Of a stretch of 64,000 nt of DNA, positions 28,401 through 43,400 are shown piece after piece; position 1 is the stretch's first letter, and each line of letters opens with the position of its first letter. The stretch comes from Botryllus schlosseri. Its lineage: Eukaryota. The notes below the pieces were generated by a model, which saw only the letters and a program-made list of their open reading frames with translations, was not told the DNA's origin and did no database searches. The DNA lies in assembly GCA_051294905.1 (NCBI GenBank), contig CM119378.1:3164001-3228000 (forward strand), given 5' to 3'. The position numbers and the translations under genes were made by a program.

Positions 28401-31400
28401 TTTGAATGTTCGTATCTTAGATAACGGTAAACCCTGATGAGTGCCAGCACAAAAAGCTTCGGGCTACACATACATACACATATTGTCCAAGGTTTTTTTC
28501 AACACTAACCAAACAATTTCTCACTTGTTATCCTCCCTGAGTTCCTCGATTCTCTGCTTGTAAAAATCGACGTCCTTCAATTTCTCGCGCAATCTCTCCA
28601 CCTCGTGCTCGAGACGCGAGGCTTTGGTCGCTTTTTCCTTCAGAATGTCGTTTTCGTCGCGATACGTTCGAGCCGCACGGGCGTCGTTGGATAGGTCGGT
28701 ACACTGCAAATATTACTCGCGTTAAATATATAATAATAATAGATACTCGAGACTCTTGGGGGTACGAAACTTCAATATACGATTGAATAATATGTTCATA
28801 TTGAAACAAAATCGAATGTTTTTGGCTGACACTTGTCAGGGGTAATCTTCAGCAACTTGCATAGAATCGAAAAGAACATTGTGTATCAACAATCTTATCA
28901 TCAAATGCGTCAACAGAAGGCGTTTGCGTATAATCTAAAAATAATACATTGCGCTCAAGCCATCGGTTCGCCCCGATTATTCGAAATTTTCATGCAGGTG
29001 ACGTCATATTTGCTGACACAAATGTTGATGTACAATTTCTTTCCAATTCTCTACTAGTTGCTGACAATAACCCCTGACGAGTATGAACATATTCCGTTAC
29101 CATTCAACATGAATGCACTTTTCAATCGAATAATAAATACATTGCGATGAACCTTTGATTACGGTTAATTTCAAAGTTCAACACCAGTTATTCGACTAAT
29201 GATATAATCAATTAGATATGTATAGTCTAAAACATATACACTTAAAGAAGTATTACAAGCAGGTAAAGCCTACTTGGGTACTTCCAAAATACCAGAAGTG
29301 CTTGGTTACCGACCACCTCTTACTTTAAGCGACAGCTAAAACTCGATTCAAAATACGAAAGCCATACTGGCAACCGACAGTTGGTCCTAATTTGCGAGTA
29401 CGGTCGTGAAATTCGCGGCGAGGCACAACTCTATTCCGCCACGAAACCCACCTCTTGTTTCAATTTCTGGAGCATCGCGTCCTTTTCGTCCAGTTCCCCT
29501 TTCAAGTCGGTCACCAATTCCGATTTGTCGTCTCTTAGAATTCAAAATATTCGATGAGAGCAGATAATTACAGCAGGCATAGATCTGTCTGCGTTTGGGT
29601 TGCTCAAAATGACCGAATTCAACAAATCGTTGTCTTAATTCCGTTTCCCATGACTGATGTCTCAAAAATGTATTCCCAACACTCCCAAAGAACTATTCTG
29701 TGCGTCATACAGGCTGAACCAGGGTTGTAACCAAGTCACAAGTCGATTTCACTTTTCCAATTTGAACTCGAGTCAAGTTGAGTAATATGACCTGAGTACA
29801 AGTCCAGTCAATAAACAAATTCAATCAAGTCAAGTCGAGTCATTTTACGTATCTTGAGAAAATGACTCGAGGTAGATTCGAATCATTACAACCCTGCGTT
29901 AAACATTTCCGTACACAAACAACCACTCACAATTGCTGTTTCGTTTTCCTCAACTTGGCCTTCATGTCGGCCAACTCGACAGAGAGATGATGCTTTGAAG
30001 CCGGCGACATGAAGCTGTCTTTCCTTGTCAACCCAGAGCTGGGACTGCCTTGCTGAGACTAAAAAGAGAATGATACACAGACACCAAACAACTACCTAAT
30101 AGAGCAATAACTCACCTGTAGGTAATCTCTCTCCTGTGTGAGCCCCGCCACGATCTGTGGAGAAGAACATGGTGTCATTTTCAAGGATGCCATTACCATT
30201 ATTGTTTGTTTGTCTCAGGTAGCAGTAAAATGTAGTTGTTTGTTGGGCCCGTGATTATCTTTAATTGCTGGGTTATTACAATTATACAAGGACTATGGAG
30301 TATGGGACCTACACTTTTGGTGATAATTGAGAATAGAAGATATATATTCCGACGGGCATTTTATAGTATTTAACCTTCAGATTTTACTTATAGAAGAGGT
30401 TACTAATAAGTTTTTTTTCAAATTCTACTGGCTGCTCGATAAAACTGTTAGGTTGCCTAAAAAAAACGCTGCACACTGGCTCGATTTCAACCTACAAAGG
30501 CATTGCTATATACCATAACTAAAAAGTTTTGGATTTATTGGAATTAACCCAAATTTGTTGTCCAACAATTTCACGGGGTGGCCATTGAAATTTGAAAAAA
30601 TGTTATGTTTATTTTCATCAAATAAATAGTAGACTTTTTCTAAGTTATATGTTAGAATGACCAAAAATTGTTGTGCAGCTTTATTTTAGGCAACCAAACA
30701 AATTTTACAAACGTAGTCAGCAGAATTTGAAAAAAAAAGTTATTTTTAAATAGTCCTGAATATATTTTCGAATACTGTGCCTATTTGCAGGGCCAGTTTG
30801 CGTTGGCCGCGATGCCCTGCAATTTCGAATGTAGCGGCCTCCGATTAAGTGCTAAAATTTTGCGACTCCTCGATCAACTTTTTGAATCTTCAGAACTTCA
30901 TTTTTCTACTCCCGCTTTTGATATGTCTTCAAAATCGCTAATTCTACTTTTACTACAGTAGAAATTTTTGACATTACTTTCACACATCAGCCACGTCGTT
31001 ACCGGAGGTTACAGTATATAGTCATACTACCGGCACATGATTCATGGCATAGATAAACAATGTCAACAAGTGATATCATGCAGAGTAAACCATCTGACTA
31101 AGTCAAAAGGTGAGATATGTATTCTTAAACGCAGATGCATCAAATCCAATAAGTGTTAAATACAGTGTGACCTGACGGTTGGGCAGCTTCTAAATGGGTA
31201 AAGACACCTAGAAGATTTGAGTATCATAGGTTTGCACTGCATTTTAGTCAAGTCTACAGATTGTACGGCACTTATCAATTGCGACGACGGTTTAGGTTCA
31301 GCTATCACATTCTAAATATAAAAAATAAATACACAAATGCAAATACAGATATTTGAAGAGGCTCTCTCGGAGGTGCAAAGTTTAACATACAATTGAATAA

Positions 31401-34400
31401 AATATACATATTGAAATGAACCCAAATAGCATTGTAATTGCAAGTAACTGAGAAGAAGAATTGAGAAGAACGAATCACGTTAAACCTACAAATACCATGC
31501 AAACACAAAAATATAATTATAAATATAAATATTCGAGGTCAATCCTGGAGGTAGAGAACGTAACATACAATTGAATAATATATTCATATTGAAATAAACC
31601 CAAATATTTTTGTAATTGTAAGCAATTGAGAACAAGAATTACGAGCATTGCATATCAACAATTGTATCAAAATCAAACAATCAAGGAGAATAGTTGGCTT
31701 GAGCTTAATATACCATTTTTAGATTACAGTATATATATATAAACTAAAATGGTTTATTTCAATATGAAAATAATATTCAATTGCATAATACGATTGATGC
31801 GATTATTGATATACAATGTTCCTTCCAATTCTCTACTAGTTGCTGATGACTAAGACTACCTCTGACTAGTGTCACCCAACATACTCGGGTTTATTTCAAT
31901 ATGAATATATTATTAAAATGTAAATATATCCGGCATAATTTCTCACCATGGAGAATTCGTCACGTTCCTTCACCAGTTTCCTGACTTGAAACGTGATGTT
32001 CCTTGAAAACTCGTCTAAATCGTCTGGAGGAAGAGGCTCGTCTTGTTCCAACCATTGCAGACTCAGCACGTTTTCATTGTTTTCTGTGATCTGACCGAAA
32101 AACCAGAATTGTCAGCAAGGGTAAACCACATTTTCAAGGGGCAAAACACAAACAAGCGTACTTGGACAATTAGATACGGTAATTCCAGTTGTGTAATCAG
32201 ACTAATTGGAGTGAAATACGGGCAATCTTAATTCTAAACTAATTTGTGAGATGTTTCCTGAAAATACGACAGGCGAACTGCACCGCGCAAAACCAGGGTT
32301 GTAACCAAGTCACAAGCCAATCTCACTTTTGCAGTTTCGACTCAAGTCTTGTCGAGTCATTTTCAATTCGCCACCGAGTCAAGTCCTAGTCCAACTCAGC
32401 TAGTAGAGGGCCGAGTTCGAGTTGTAGTGTTCTGACTCGTATCCCGAGTCCAAGTCCTTATGTTCACTAGTGGTGTTCAATAGTTCAAACATGACTTTTT
32501 TTCTCAAATTGTACTGGCTACTTGATAAAATTGTTAGGTTACCTAATTCAAGCCTACACACCAAATTTGGTTCAATTCCAACCAGTAGCCGCATTGCTAC
32601 AGAAGACAGTTTCTATTTATTATATAAAAAATAAAGGAACAAAAATGTCAAAATTTTCTGTTCACCCCGTGAAAGTGTTGGGTTGTCTATAGAAACGATG
32701 ATCACCAAATTTGGTTCAATTCCAACCCGTGGAAGCGGAGTTATTGTCGTCGAAAAATTTGGATTTGAATAAAATAGTATTTACGGTGACCAATTCTTTA
32801 ATTATTTATTATAAGTGTGCCCACCGTAAATATTATTATATTCAAATCCAAATTTTTCGGCTACTGGATGGAATTGAACCAAATTTGGTGTGTAGGCTTA
32901 AATAAGGTAGGCCTAATCTAACAATTTAACCAAGTACCGGTAGCCAGTACAATTTGAGAATTTTTGAACACCCCTAATGTTCACTGTTCTGGTTTTAGTT
33001 GATATAGAATGGCTCACATTCATAATATCTTCATTTTCCTCAGTCTCAACGGTTTCTGGCACTATTTTCCAAACATCAGGACTGATAGACGAAACATCAA
33101 TAATGTGGTGACTTTACTATTCTTCGAAGTTACAATGAAATGTCCGTCCTAGTCATGCACAATGACTCTCAGAGTACAATTCAAGTCAATACACAAATTG
33201 AATTTGGTCGAGAAATTTGACTCTAGTCAAGTGCTGTGTTGTAGATGGAAGTGGCTGCAACTTTATTCTGGCAGGCTCAGATAGAAAATTGTTTGAATAA
33301 ACGGAAAAATCTTACTTCTTTGATGTGATTCATCAAAATTTCCATTCCGACGTATGTAAGCTGCTTCATTTTCTCGATATACCTTTCGCGATGATCACAC
33401 TAAAAATCAAAATAAAACAAGGTCGATAAAAGATAGTTTCGCCTAGAACAACAACTGCGGACCTTTAAAACGCGAGAAATTTGGTGTTGAAATCTCGCTA
33501 TTTACACAGTTGGCGTACTCGAAAAATGTCTATTGTCACGAGGGCCATGGTAGGGAAAAGCTAGTAATTTGGTGTAGTGCCATCGAGTGTGCTTGACTAC
33601 ATGTCTGCGCACATGTGAACGTCCTCATGAAATCAATATCACACTTGAATTATCACACTTAGATAAACCGCGGTATCAAATTCGATTCCGTCACCGATCA
33701 CAGCACTGGAAACTACGATAACATAGTAGATGATTTAGTAACTGTAGAACCAGCATTTACGACATCAAAACATCCGCATAAAACTACTGGTATCACTCGA
33801 AAGACACTCGAAACTAGCGGAGCACTAGATGTCGCACACAAAGTGGAGTCAAAGAATGTCAAACAACTCTTGATGCTTGATTTCATATCCGTACATTCAC
33901 TGTGAGACTTGTATAAACTAGTGGATTTACAAAATGCGCAACCAGAACTAGAACTACTCATTTTTCAAAACTAGCCACAAGAACGAGAACTGCCCACTTT
34001 TCAAAACTCGCAATTAGAACTAGAATTACTTACTTCTCAAAACTCTAAGACTCTCAGTTTTCAAAACTAGCACTAGTCACTATTCAGAACTATCAACTAG
34101 AACTAGGACTGTTCACTATTTAAAACTCTCAACTAGAACCAGAACTGCTCACTTTACAAAACTCTCGACTAAAACTAGAACTTATCAGTACTTAAAACTC
34201 TCAACTAGAACTAGAACCTCTCACTTTTCAAAACTCAAATAGAACTGCTCACTAATCAAAACTGAACTACAAGTAGAACTATTCCATTTTGAAAACTCGC
34301 AACTAGAACAAGAATAAATTATTTTTCAAACTCCTCTAAAACTAAAACTAGTCACTTTTCAAAACTCTATACTAGAACAAGAAATACTTACTTTTCAAAA

Positions 34401-37400
34401 CTCATCTAGAACTAAAACAACTTACTTTTCAGAACTCTCAAGTAGAACTAGAACTAATCACTTTTCAAAATTCGCAACTACAACTAGAATCACTCACTTT
34501 TCAGATTCACACAAAGAGCTAGAGCTAACAATCTCTGAAAATCCGCAATCAAAACACAGCTAATAACTGATAATACGAATCATAAGATATATTGGAGATA
34601 GAATCAGCATTTCAAAAGGACGCGGTTTCGAGTTTGAAATGGGCGGCTTTCGACCCCCAAAACGCGCCCCTGGCTACGACTATGTTAGCAGTGACGGATC
34701 TTAGCTAGCAATGGTCGCTAGAAAATCGCACAACAGAACATCGGTATCATGATTCACGCCAAACGATGACGCGTATTCTATTTGTTCCACCAACTACTTT
34801 TTCTAATTTACAACTAGAACTAGAACTACTCACATTTCAAAATCGGCAACTAGCGCTAGAACGAGATTGGTAGCCTATACGAATCCGGTCGCTATACCTG
34901 AACAGCACATCCCAGAATGAGCAGGAGCAGCTTCTGGAGTTCCGTTATACCGGCTTCCGTGCTTGGTTCCTTCACCATCGTCAAGATGTTCGGAAGAGAC
35001 ATGACAATGACTTGATGATGAATATCCTGAAAATAAAACAAGTAGATTCAGTGCATAAGAATCGAGATTACGGAGTTGAATGATTTACCAGGCCGACTAC
35101 ACAAACACTACCCATACCGTATTTGAGTAAATGGCACTGATCCAGCATAACAATATTTACAAATGACTAGGGCTGGGCACAATGATTCGAGTACTCGAAT
35201 CTGAATCGAGTATTAATTTTAATGATTCGAGTCGAGTAGTAAAATACGATTTTTTCGAGTACTGAAATTATAAGCTTCTCGCCACTGAAAGTTAATTTAT
35301 CAACGAGAATTATAGTTTCGATACTAATTTTCACTGGTGAAGCCTTGAAACGTTGATTGGCGGTATCGTAGCATACGAAAGGTATGGTACGAAGCTACGA
35401 AGGTTACTGGGCGTAGCACATTTCCGAAGTCTTGATTATCCCACAAAGTTGTCACCAAGTGGAATGACATCGGTATGGTCGGAAAAATACCAAATTATCA
35501 TTTATGAGATGGATAAAAGGCATTATATTCCTTGTGGGGGCATAAACGGTACATATTTGACCTTTGACGTATTACATTCTTTCATGACGTCATAATGAGT
35601 GATACTCGATTACTCGACTCGACTCGAAGCATATTACGTGATTCAGAATCGAATCACTCAGGTACTCGATTTTGCCCAGCCCTACAAATGACATCATACG
35701 ATTTTATAGACTTCGAAATTTTGAAAAGCCAGAATGTCTCATGACGTTGTTGAGACACCCTTCTTACAAAAACAATGGTGGGTTTAGTCGAAATCATTGG
35801 ATTGCATGCAGAGGAAATAGAGCCTTGAATATGTTGGTTGAAAATTCCATTTGGAATATATTCCCTCTAGCCCACTGTACATTCTCAACACATTACAAAA
35901 TTTGAAGAGCTTCTTGGAAGTACAGAACTTCAATATATTATTGAATAGTACATTAATATTGAAATGAATCCGAATATTTTAGGCTGACACTCCTCAGCGA
36001 CTAGTAGAGAATTGTAAAGAGCATTGTATATCAACAATTGTAACACAAAATGTGACGTCACAGGCATGAATTTTCGAATAATTGGCCAGAAGAGAGAGCT
36101 TAATGTCAATGTACATTACAAAATGTAGATAACAGCATTTTGGCATCAGAATTGAAATACAATTCACGCTAAATCACAAACTATTATGGCCCGGAGGCCA
36201 GATTCGCGGTAAACAAATGATAGCCTGTGTAATGAATATCCACAAAATATTGGTCCGATGTAAAATGTTTGTATGTGAGATGCTTTTTTCACATAGCTCA
36301 AGATATAGAGCAATCAAAGTCTGTACGCCCAGCAAGGATTGGGTATGAAACGTTACATAATATCACAGCATAAATTTCAAGTGCGTATCGGACCCACACC
36401 AAGACAAAGATACTTGGTAGGCCTAAGCCACGTCATATCCGAGTGCTTGGAGATCAAAGACAGTAGATACTCCGCGACTATGTCATAATGTGTGGATGAG
36501 AGCCTCCATCCTTTATCACAAGCAAAGGACTATGTTAAGGCATAATAACTTCACTGAATCAATCCCTATTGTGACTCACAAGAGATTTATCTCCAAGATT
36601 ACTGAATAAGGACATAAGGTATTGTTGCATTCACAATACTTTCTTTTCATGTTGTGACATGTCAATGAATTCTTCAGTTTAAAATACCAAGGCTGGAATG
36701 GCATTCACTAGTACTCGTGTGGAATGAATATGTATATTTTGACAAAATAATATTTGCTCAAGTTTGTGTTGAAGGACTATTACGGCAAAACCGCAACAAT
36801 GCAAACCGTGTATACCTTGACTAGAATCGGTGACTTTGATAGCTAATTCGTCTCTATATAAGTAATCTGGTGGCGTAAAATAGTATTGATCACTAAGAAC
36901 TGTTTTTATCTAGCCATCAAATTCACAATACACATTTTAGTTGTCACGTAGGCTGTAATTCAATGTACTAACAAATAATGGGATCAATGAGTCATCGTGA
37001 TACAGGAAGCTGTAAATAAGGTAATAAAAAACTTTCTCCAGCAACGTCACGACATCATATTTTATTTTATCAACGAGCTGCGTGCTAGGAGCGGATTCAC
37101 AAAAAATCTCGACTTGTTTTCCAAGTGATTCGATTTGATGTTTAAAATTGTGGCAAATAATACTATCTCTTGCCCTTGGAAGTACGCAAATTGCAGACAT
37201 GAACCAAACTAACGCTCTGGGCAAACATAGGTTTTATCATGATTTAGGATATTTGTAGGGTTCAGGGTAAGCCTGCCACACCAGTATGTTCAGATTCATC
37301 AAATTTTGAATACTTAGGATGTTACATTAGGCGAAGAAGCAGGCAACATATACAACTTGAGTAAAACAAGCATAGGTAGAATAACAAACAAAAAACGGTG

Positions 37401-40400
37401 TAACAGCATCAGATATAACACCCATAGTTACACTAAAGCGTCAACAAGAGCTTAATCAAACACAACAACTACCGTTAAGGCATTATCCAGTGTTATGATC
37501 AAATTGACTTAACAGATTGAAGTCGTTAGCACTGCACAGGTAACGATATTTATTCACGACAAGGAAAAGAACGGGGCTGACTAACTATGTTTGCTTGGAA
37601 CCGCGTCCTCCATTAGACGCTCTTCCACAAGTAATAAATCTTTCATGACCGTGACGATTTTTGAATCGAACGGTTAGTATGCTCAGTGTTTTACATAGGA
37701 TTTGAATAGGCGACATCTATTCAAAAAACTCAAATGAACTTTCCATGCATCACACTATGAATGCCTTATGTATGAATTAATATAATATTTTGTGAGGTAC
37801 TGTGTTATACAGAGATTCTTGGAGGTACAGAACTTCAATATACAATTGAAATGAACCCAAATATTTTCGGCTGACACTCGTCAATTGCAGACGATAACCC
37901 CTGACGAAAGCAGAAAATCTCAATATGGATACACTGTTAAATTGTATATTGAATAAGACATCTGAAAAATTTCAAAAAGGCCTACACCGATTAGTATGCA
38001 AGTCTGGAGGCAGTAAAAGATGCAATTGTGCTCAGTCGAGCGACATTTTGCATTACGAAAGGTTACCGAGACACTTGCCGGGAAGATGATCCATATCAAT
38101 GATGGACCAATACAAACAAAACGTTCAGACCGCCAACTATTCTTTTTACGGGTTCTGTTTCAAAGGCCTTCACTGTCCAGAAGTTTTCCATAAAACACAT
38201 TCATCTGCGAGCAATTCAATTGTAACGGGGTCCGCATATGTAGCTGATACTGTAAGATTGACATATTGCAAATGAAAAGCACATCGTGCCTTGCGTATCA
38301 TGAACCGGCTAACAAATTTGTGCCGAGTATTTACAATTTTAGCATTTTTCCAGCATTCCTCAAAGACCATCAAAAGTGTGACTTTATCCATGTCATAAAC
38401 ACTGATTATATGTTGGTCATTGCCCCGAGCACTTTGAAAATGAACAAATTGCTGACGAAACTACATACAAACAATGGATCAAGGCAGGATATAGTCGGAA
38501 AACCATATGAAACGTGACAAGACCTTATCACTAATCAGCGCACTCCCCTTGTTTTTAAAAAGGTTACAATAATAGTATGAGATTCAAAAATGCATATTTT
38601 AAACCGGAAAAATCACTGAGGGAGATGTTGCAAGTGTGACCCAGTACCAGAAAAATCTCAGTAACTGAAAATTCTCACAAATTTAATCCTATAACCCTAA
38701 AACATATTACCGATTAGACTTTAGCAACCAACACAAGATTCAGATATAAACAGGTATGAAGAAATACTTCTGATTTGTATTTTCAGTAAAGAAAGAAGTG
38801 TTACCTAAATTTGCGAAGATTTTCTGTTAGATTTTCAACAACTAACACAAAATCACCATTAGAACAATCACTCAACATCTTTGTAACCTTAGGAAAGCGT
38901 ACATGAGAAGGTGACTTCTAACATTGAATTCGTGATGTGTGATATCATGGCAACCATTCTGCATTGTAATATCACCAAGCACAGGCGATCAAGGACTCTC
39001 AACCCACATCTGAACAAGCTTTACGGTTTACTTAATTCTATTTTAGTAGGTGACAAACAACGCTGGTCATTATTATATTACAAAAGATATTACCAAACAA
39101 TTATTACTTAACAATTACCAACAAATTGTGGTGTATAGTTATCAGCCGGAATTGATTGGGTACAAACAGTTGATTATCATGGTATTGTGTACCAGTTGAG
39201 ACACACAAAGGTTCAGCTAAAGGAAGAAATCAATCATAAAATAAGAGACATTTTACAGATTGATACAATATGCCCATCGATTTCTCCAACGTGATTTAAT
39301 GATAATAATGAGAATAATATTATGCTGTGGAAATCAGTAAAGCCAAGCCAGTCTTACTAATAGCAATGGAATTTTTGAAACTTAGCGCAAAGTCTATCCG
39401 ATGTAGATTTCCACTCGCATTGTGACTAAATTGGCTGCAAGTATCAAATTACTTGCAATATTCACAAACATCGAAATTGGTTAACATTTTACAGCATGTG
39501 CGCAACGCCGCAACCTATGCCATATTTCTTAATACATAATGGTATACTATTGTGGACATTATGTTATAACTGGTGAATTCGTACTTCATAACACTAAGCT
39601 CAGAGGAGAGTTGATCAAACTTCAATAGTGTATCTGTCTTAAACCTATAAATGCATATACCATTGATAGAGATGTGGAAAATATGATTCAATTCACTACT
39701 AACAGCAGATAAAAAGGCTGTTTACCACCAAGCCGAATTAGAACCAACCTACGATGTAAAAAAGCACTTTCATGTTAATCAAATCCGAACAGATGAAATT
39801 AGGTGTGGCACACTTCCAAAAGCGTGTGCGCTGCGCACGTCTAAGTCATGGCTCATTAAGGGAAAACTGTCATTCACTGATTCGCTTATTCAATTAGGCC
39901 TACATTTCAATCAAATGGTTGTGACTTCACCGTTGAATTCCACTTAGACTATAAAAGAGTAGATTTAGTACACGAAACAGAGCAGGAATGTACCAGAACA
40001 ATGAATTGAAACAGTGTCAATTTCACCGATAGCAATGACAAGATCTTAGATCAAGATTTACAGAGCTTGAAAGACTGAAACTGGATATCTAATGTTTAGG
40101 GATAGCAATTGATAAGGAGAAAGAGCGCAATCTTGCATTGAACATAATAAGACACAGTGCTGTGAAAGTCCTCATGTTTCTAACAATCACACAAAACAAT
40201 TAATGATTGAATTGAATGAAAAGTATCTGGGATGTAGCATTGTAGCAGTTGCAGTATTGTTGACCAAAAAATCAGTGGTTCCAAAAGTGCTCAGGAGAGC
40301 CCACTGTGTTGTTAGCAACCTGGAAGGGGGTGCTGGCCTTAATCTGGGTGATTTTGGCTGCTGTGAGTAAAGGAGGGGACCATATAATGTACTGTAGAAC

Positions 40401-43400
40401 ACTGTTTGCAAAATCCATAAATTAATAGCTCTAATTATGCTCTAAAATATTTTCTATGTGAATATGTAGTCAAGTGGTTCACAGTCGTACAAGCCGCAAT
40501 TAATCAATAGTCACCATCACCAACACCCTTCCTCATTGTTATACAACAATTAATTTTCTAACCAACTAAATAATCAGTCAATGACTAGATTTATTAGTCA
40601 GCAAAGTTTATCAAGTGGAAGTCCTGAACATACATTCAATTACTTGCACCACAAGAGTGGAAAGCTTCTTGGAGGTACAGAACTTCAATATACAATTGGA
40701 TAGTATATTCGTGTTGAAATGAACCCGAATATGTTCGGCTGACACTCGTCAGGGGTAATCAGCAGCAGCTAGTAGAGAATTGGAAAGAACATTGCATATC
40801 AACAATCGTCTCACAAAATATGGTGATGATGATTTACTTTCAAGTAATTACTACACCCCAATGAAGAAAATTAGCAAAACTACTCAAATTTGCCAAAAGT
40901 TCCAAATTTGCTGCAATCATATCAGTTTCAGTGGATTATCAACTACATGCATTCAAATAGTACCGAAAATATTGGATTTTAGTGAGTAGCGGGCTAGTTC
41001 CCACTCTCCTTTACCACAAACTATGATGATTGGTAATTTGTTTATGTGACATCTGGGACTTGGCATCAGTTTGTAACAGTAATTAGTCAATATTCTATGA
41101 TTTCTATCCCATCTGGGAGATGCCAGTTTCCCTTTTTATGATGAGGAGTATCATATCCAAATTCACATAATATACACGACTATTCTGTGAATAATGACAA
41201 AAACATTTTCAAAAATAAGATAGTCCTGGAGATTGCAACTTCAAATATTTCATGTACTCGGGAAATCAAGGGTTGTAACTTTATTGAAAGAGACAACAGA
41301 GTAAGGTATGAGACAAACTGGTAACTAGCAACGTTCCTTCCCAAACAATTTATAGCTTTAATGATCACCTAGCGTCATCTCTTCCACAGTAATCAATGGT
41401 GTCAAGTTACAAGCGTTCTAAAGCAAAGAATTTTCTTTTTATGGACATCTTTCAAAAGAAAAGAGATCCTTTAATTGGGCCTATTATTTGCCTTTGCAGA
41501 GGCATAATTCCGCTTACAAGCTAACGCTGTAGTCATTGTTTCATCGCAATCACCACGCTTTCACGTAAATCCAGTCGGAAATTATTAGTGAAAAGTAGCC
41601 TTATGCATTTAAAGTTATGATCTATACATTCCTGGGTTTGGAGAGTGAATAATAATCAATCTCAGTTATAATCCGGGATGTTGTTTCAAACGACACAGAA
41701 TTAAATCTCCTTGATATTTCAAATTTTTCATGTACTTCAATCAATAGTACACCAGAAGCAGTTTAGCGGGATCTTCAATAATTCATGAGAGAGAATTTTG
41801 ATCAAATCGAAGCATCCCCAATGTGAATTGGTGACAATAAATTTATATCATTGAATCAAACCAACTGACTTGAATTCGTGCATTTAGCTCAGCGTGTAGG
41901 CTATGCTTTGTTATATTCCATTGATACTAGGCCAACCATGTGGCTTGTAGAATTTTGTTGTTGAATAAATTCAAAGTTGATAAGGTGAAGTTAATGATGA
42001 TATATCATATACAGAAGAAAACAAAGAGAGCAGCAAAGCAAGGTATTGTCTTCAAGTCAAACACACAAGGATCACCTTGCACCTAAGTTCACAATCTCCA
42101 AGCATCCTGCTTTTAATCGTATTTCAGATGGCATTACGGAAATCCAGGGCAATTGATTGGAAAACATTCTGAGGCAGAGCTGTCGTACAGTTACATTACG
42201 TTGAGAGCTTAACGATGGTCTCGCTGAACAAGCAGCAGTAAACTGAGATGCATGTTTGACAAATATACAACTGAATACATTGTGTTTTTACCATGCCTAT
42301 ACTGACTCAACTATTGGATACCAATGGAATTATACTCAAATACATAAATGCAAAAGAATGAACTTGTGTCTACGAGTCTACCAATTCTACCATATGTGGA
42401 ATGTGGATACATTGTAGGCTGATACCCAAGGTATATACATGAAACTATGTACCAAACATTATTACCTTTTCTCATAAAAGCCACAGCTCAAAACATAACT
42501 CATGCGTACATGAATCAACCACCTGGTTTATGAACCATGTGTCAATAACAGTGATATAAAAATTCAATCGTCAATAATCAATATGACAATAAATATGTCA
42601 GCATTGCAGCAAAAGACATTGATATCACCATAAATTATCGCATTTGACATGATGCCTTCACAGCAAAGCCTAAATTTACAAGGACAGCAACAACAGAAGC
42701 TGGAAACTAATCCATTGCAGAATCATTGCAAAATTTCATTGATCCGAGATTTAGGGATGGTAAGAGGTCTGCACGAAACCGTAATCCTCTGATGGATTAG
42801 GATTATAAGCGACTGATTTCAACTGCTTGCGACAGACAACCATCATATAATCCAGAGATAAGCCTTCAAGGGGATAAAGTCATGCTAGATTTGATCCTGA
42901 AATTGTGCATTCAAAACGCATGTGTCCCAATGAAGGACCATCTTCAAATATTATCACATAAGGGATGTTTTTGAAATTTGATACACTCATCATAGCGCCA
43001 AACAACCAAAGATTCTCAGCCAAAAGACAGCATTTTAGAGTATAGACTAACAGGCAATCTGTTAACGGTGATCTAGCTAGGTTTCTGATAGTAATTAGTT
43101 AGCCAGTAGTTGTAGTTTCATCAAACAGGAATTACTCCTGTATTCTCTGTAACGCGCAAACTAAAATACCATGTTCATAAAAAGAGCTTCTTTGAGGTAC
43201 AGAACTTCAATATACTATTCAATTGTTCATAGGAAGCGGCAAAAAGGAACAGAATTTTCATAAAAAGTATGTCCGCTCAAGTGTCTCATATCAGACACTC
43301 ACATTGCATCACCTAGCAGGATAAAACTATTTAGCTATTCTCAACTTTTAGCTATTCGGAGTTTTTGTTCAAATTTTACCTGATACTTGACAAAATTATT

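Noticed and set aside
33940..34560. CRISPR-like array
   Set aside because: Contiguous degenerate tandem units with no unique spacers, in a eukaryotic intron with no cas genes. The same applies to 15300-16100 and 61915-62520.
36937..38517. Nested gene in intron 3
   Set aside because: Short ORFs with no recognisable motifs or coherent splice structure.
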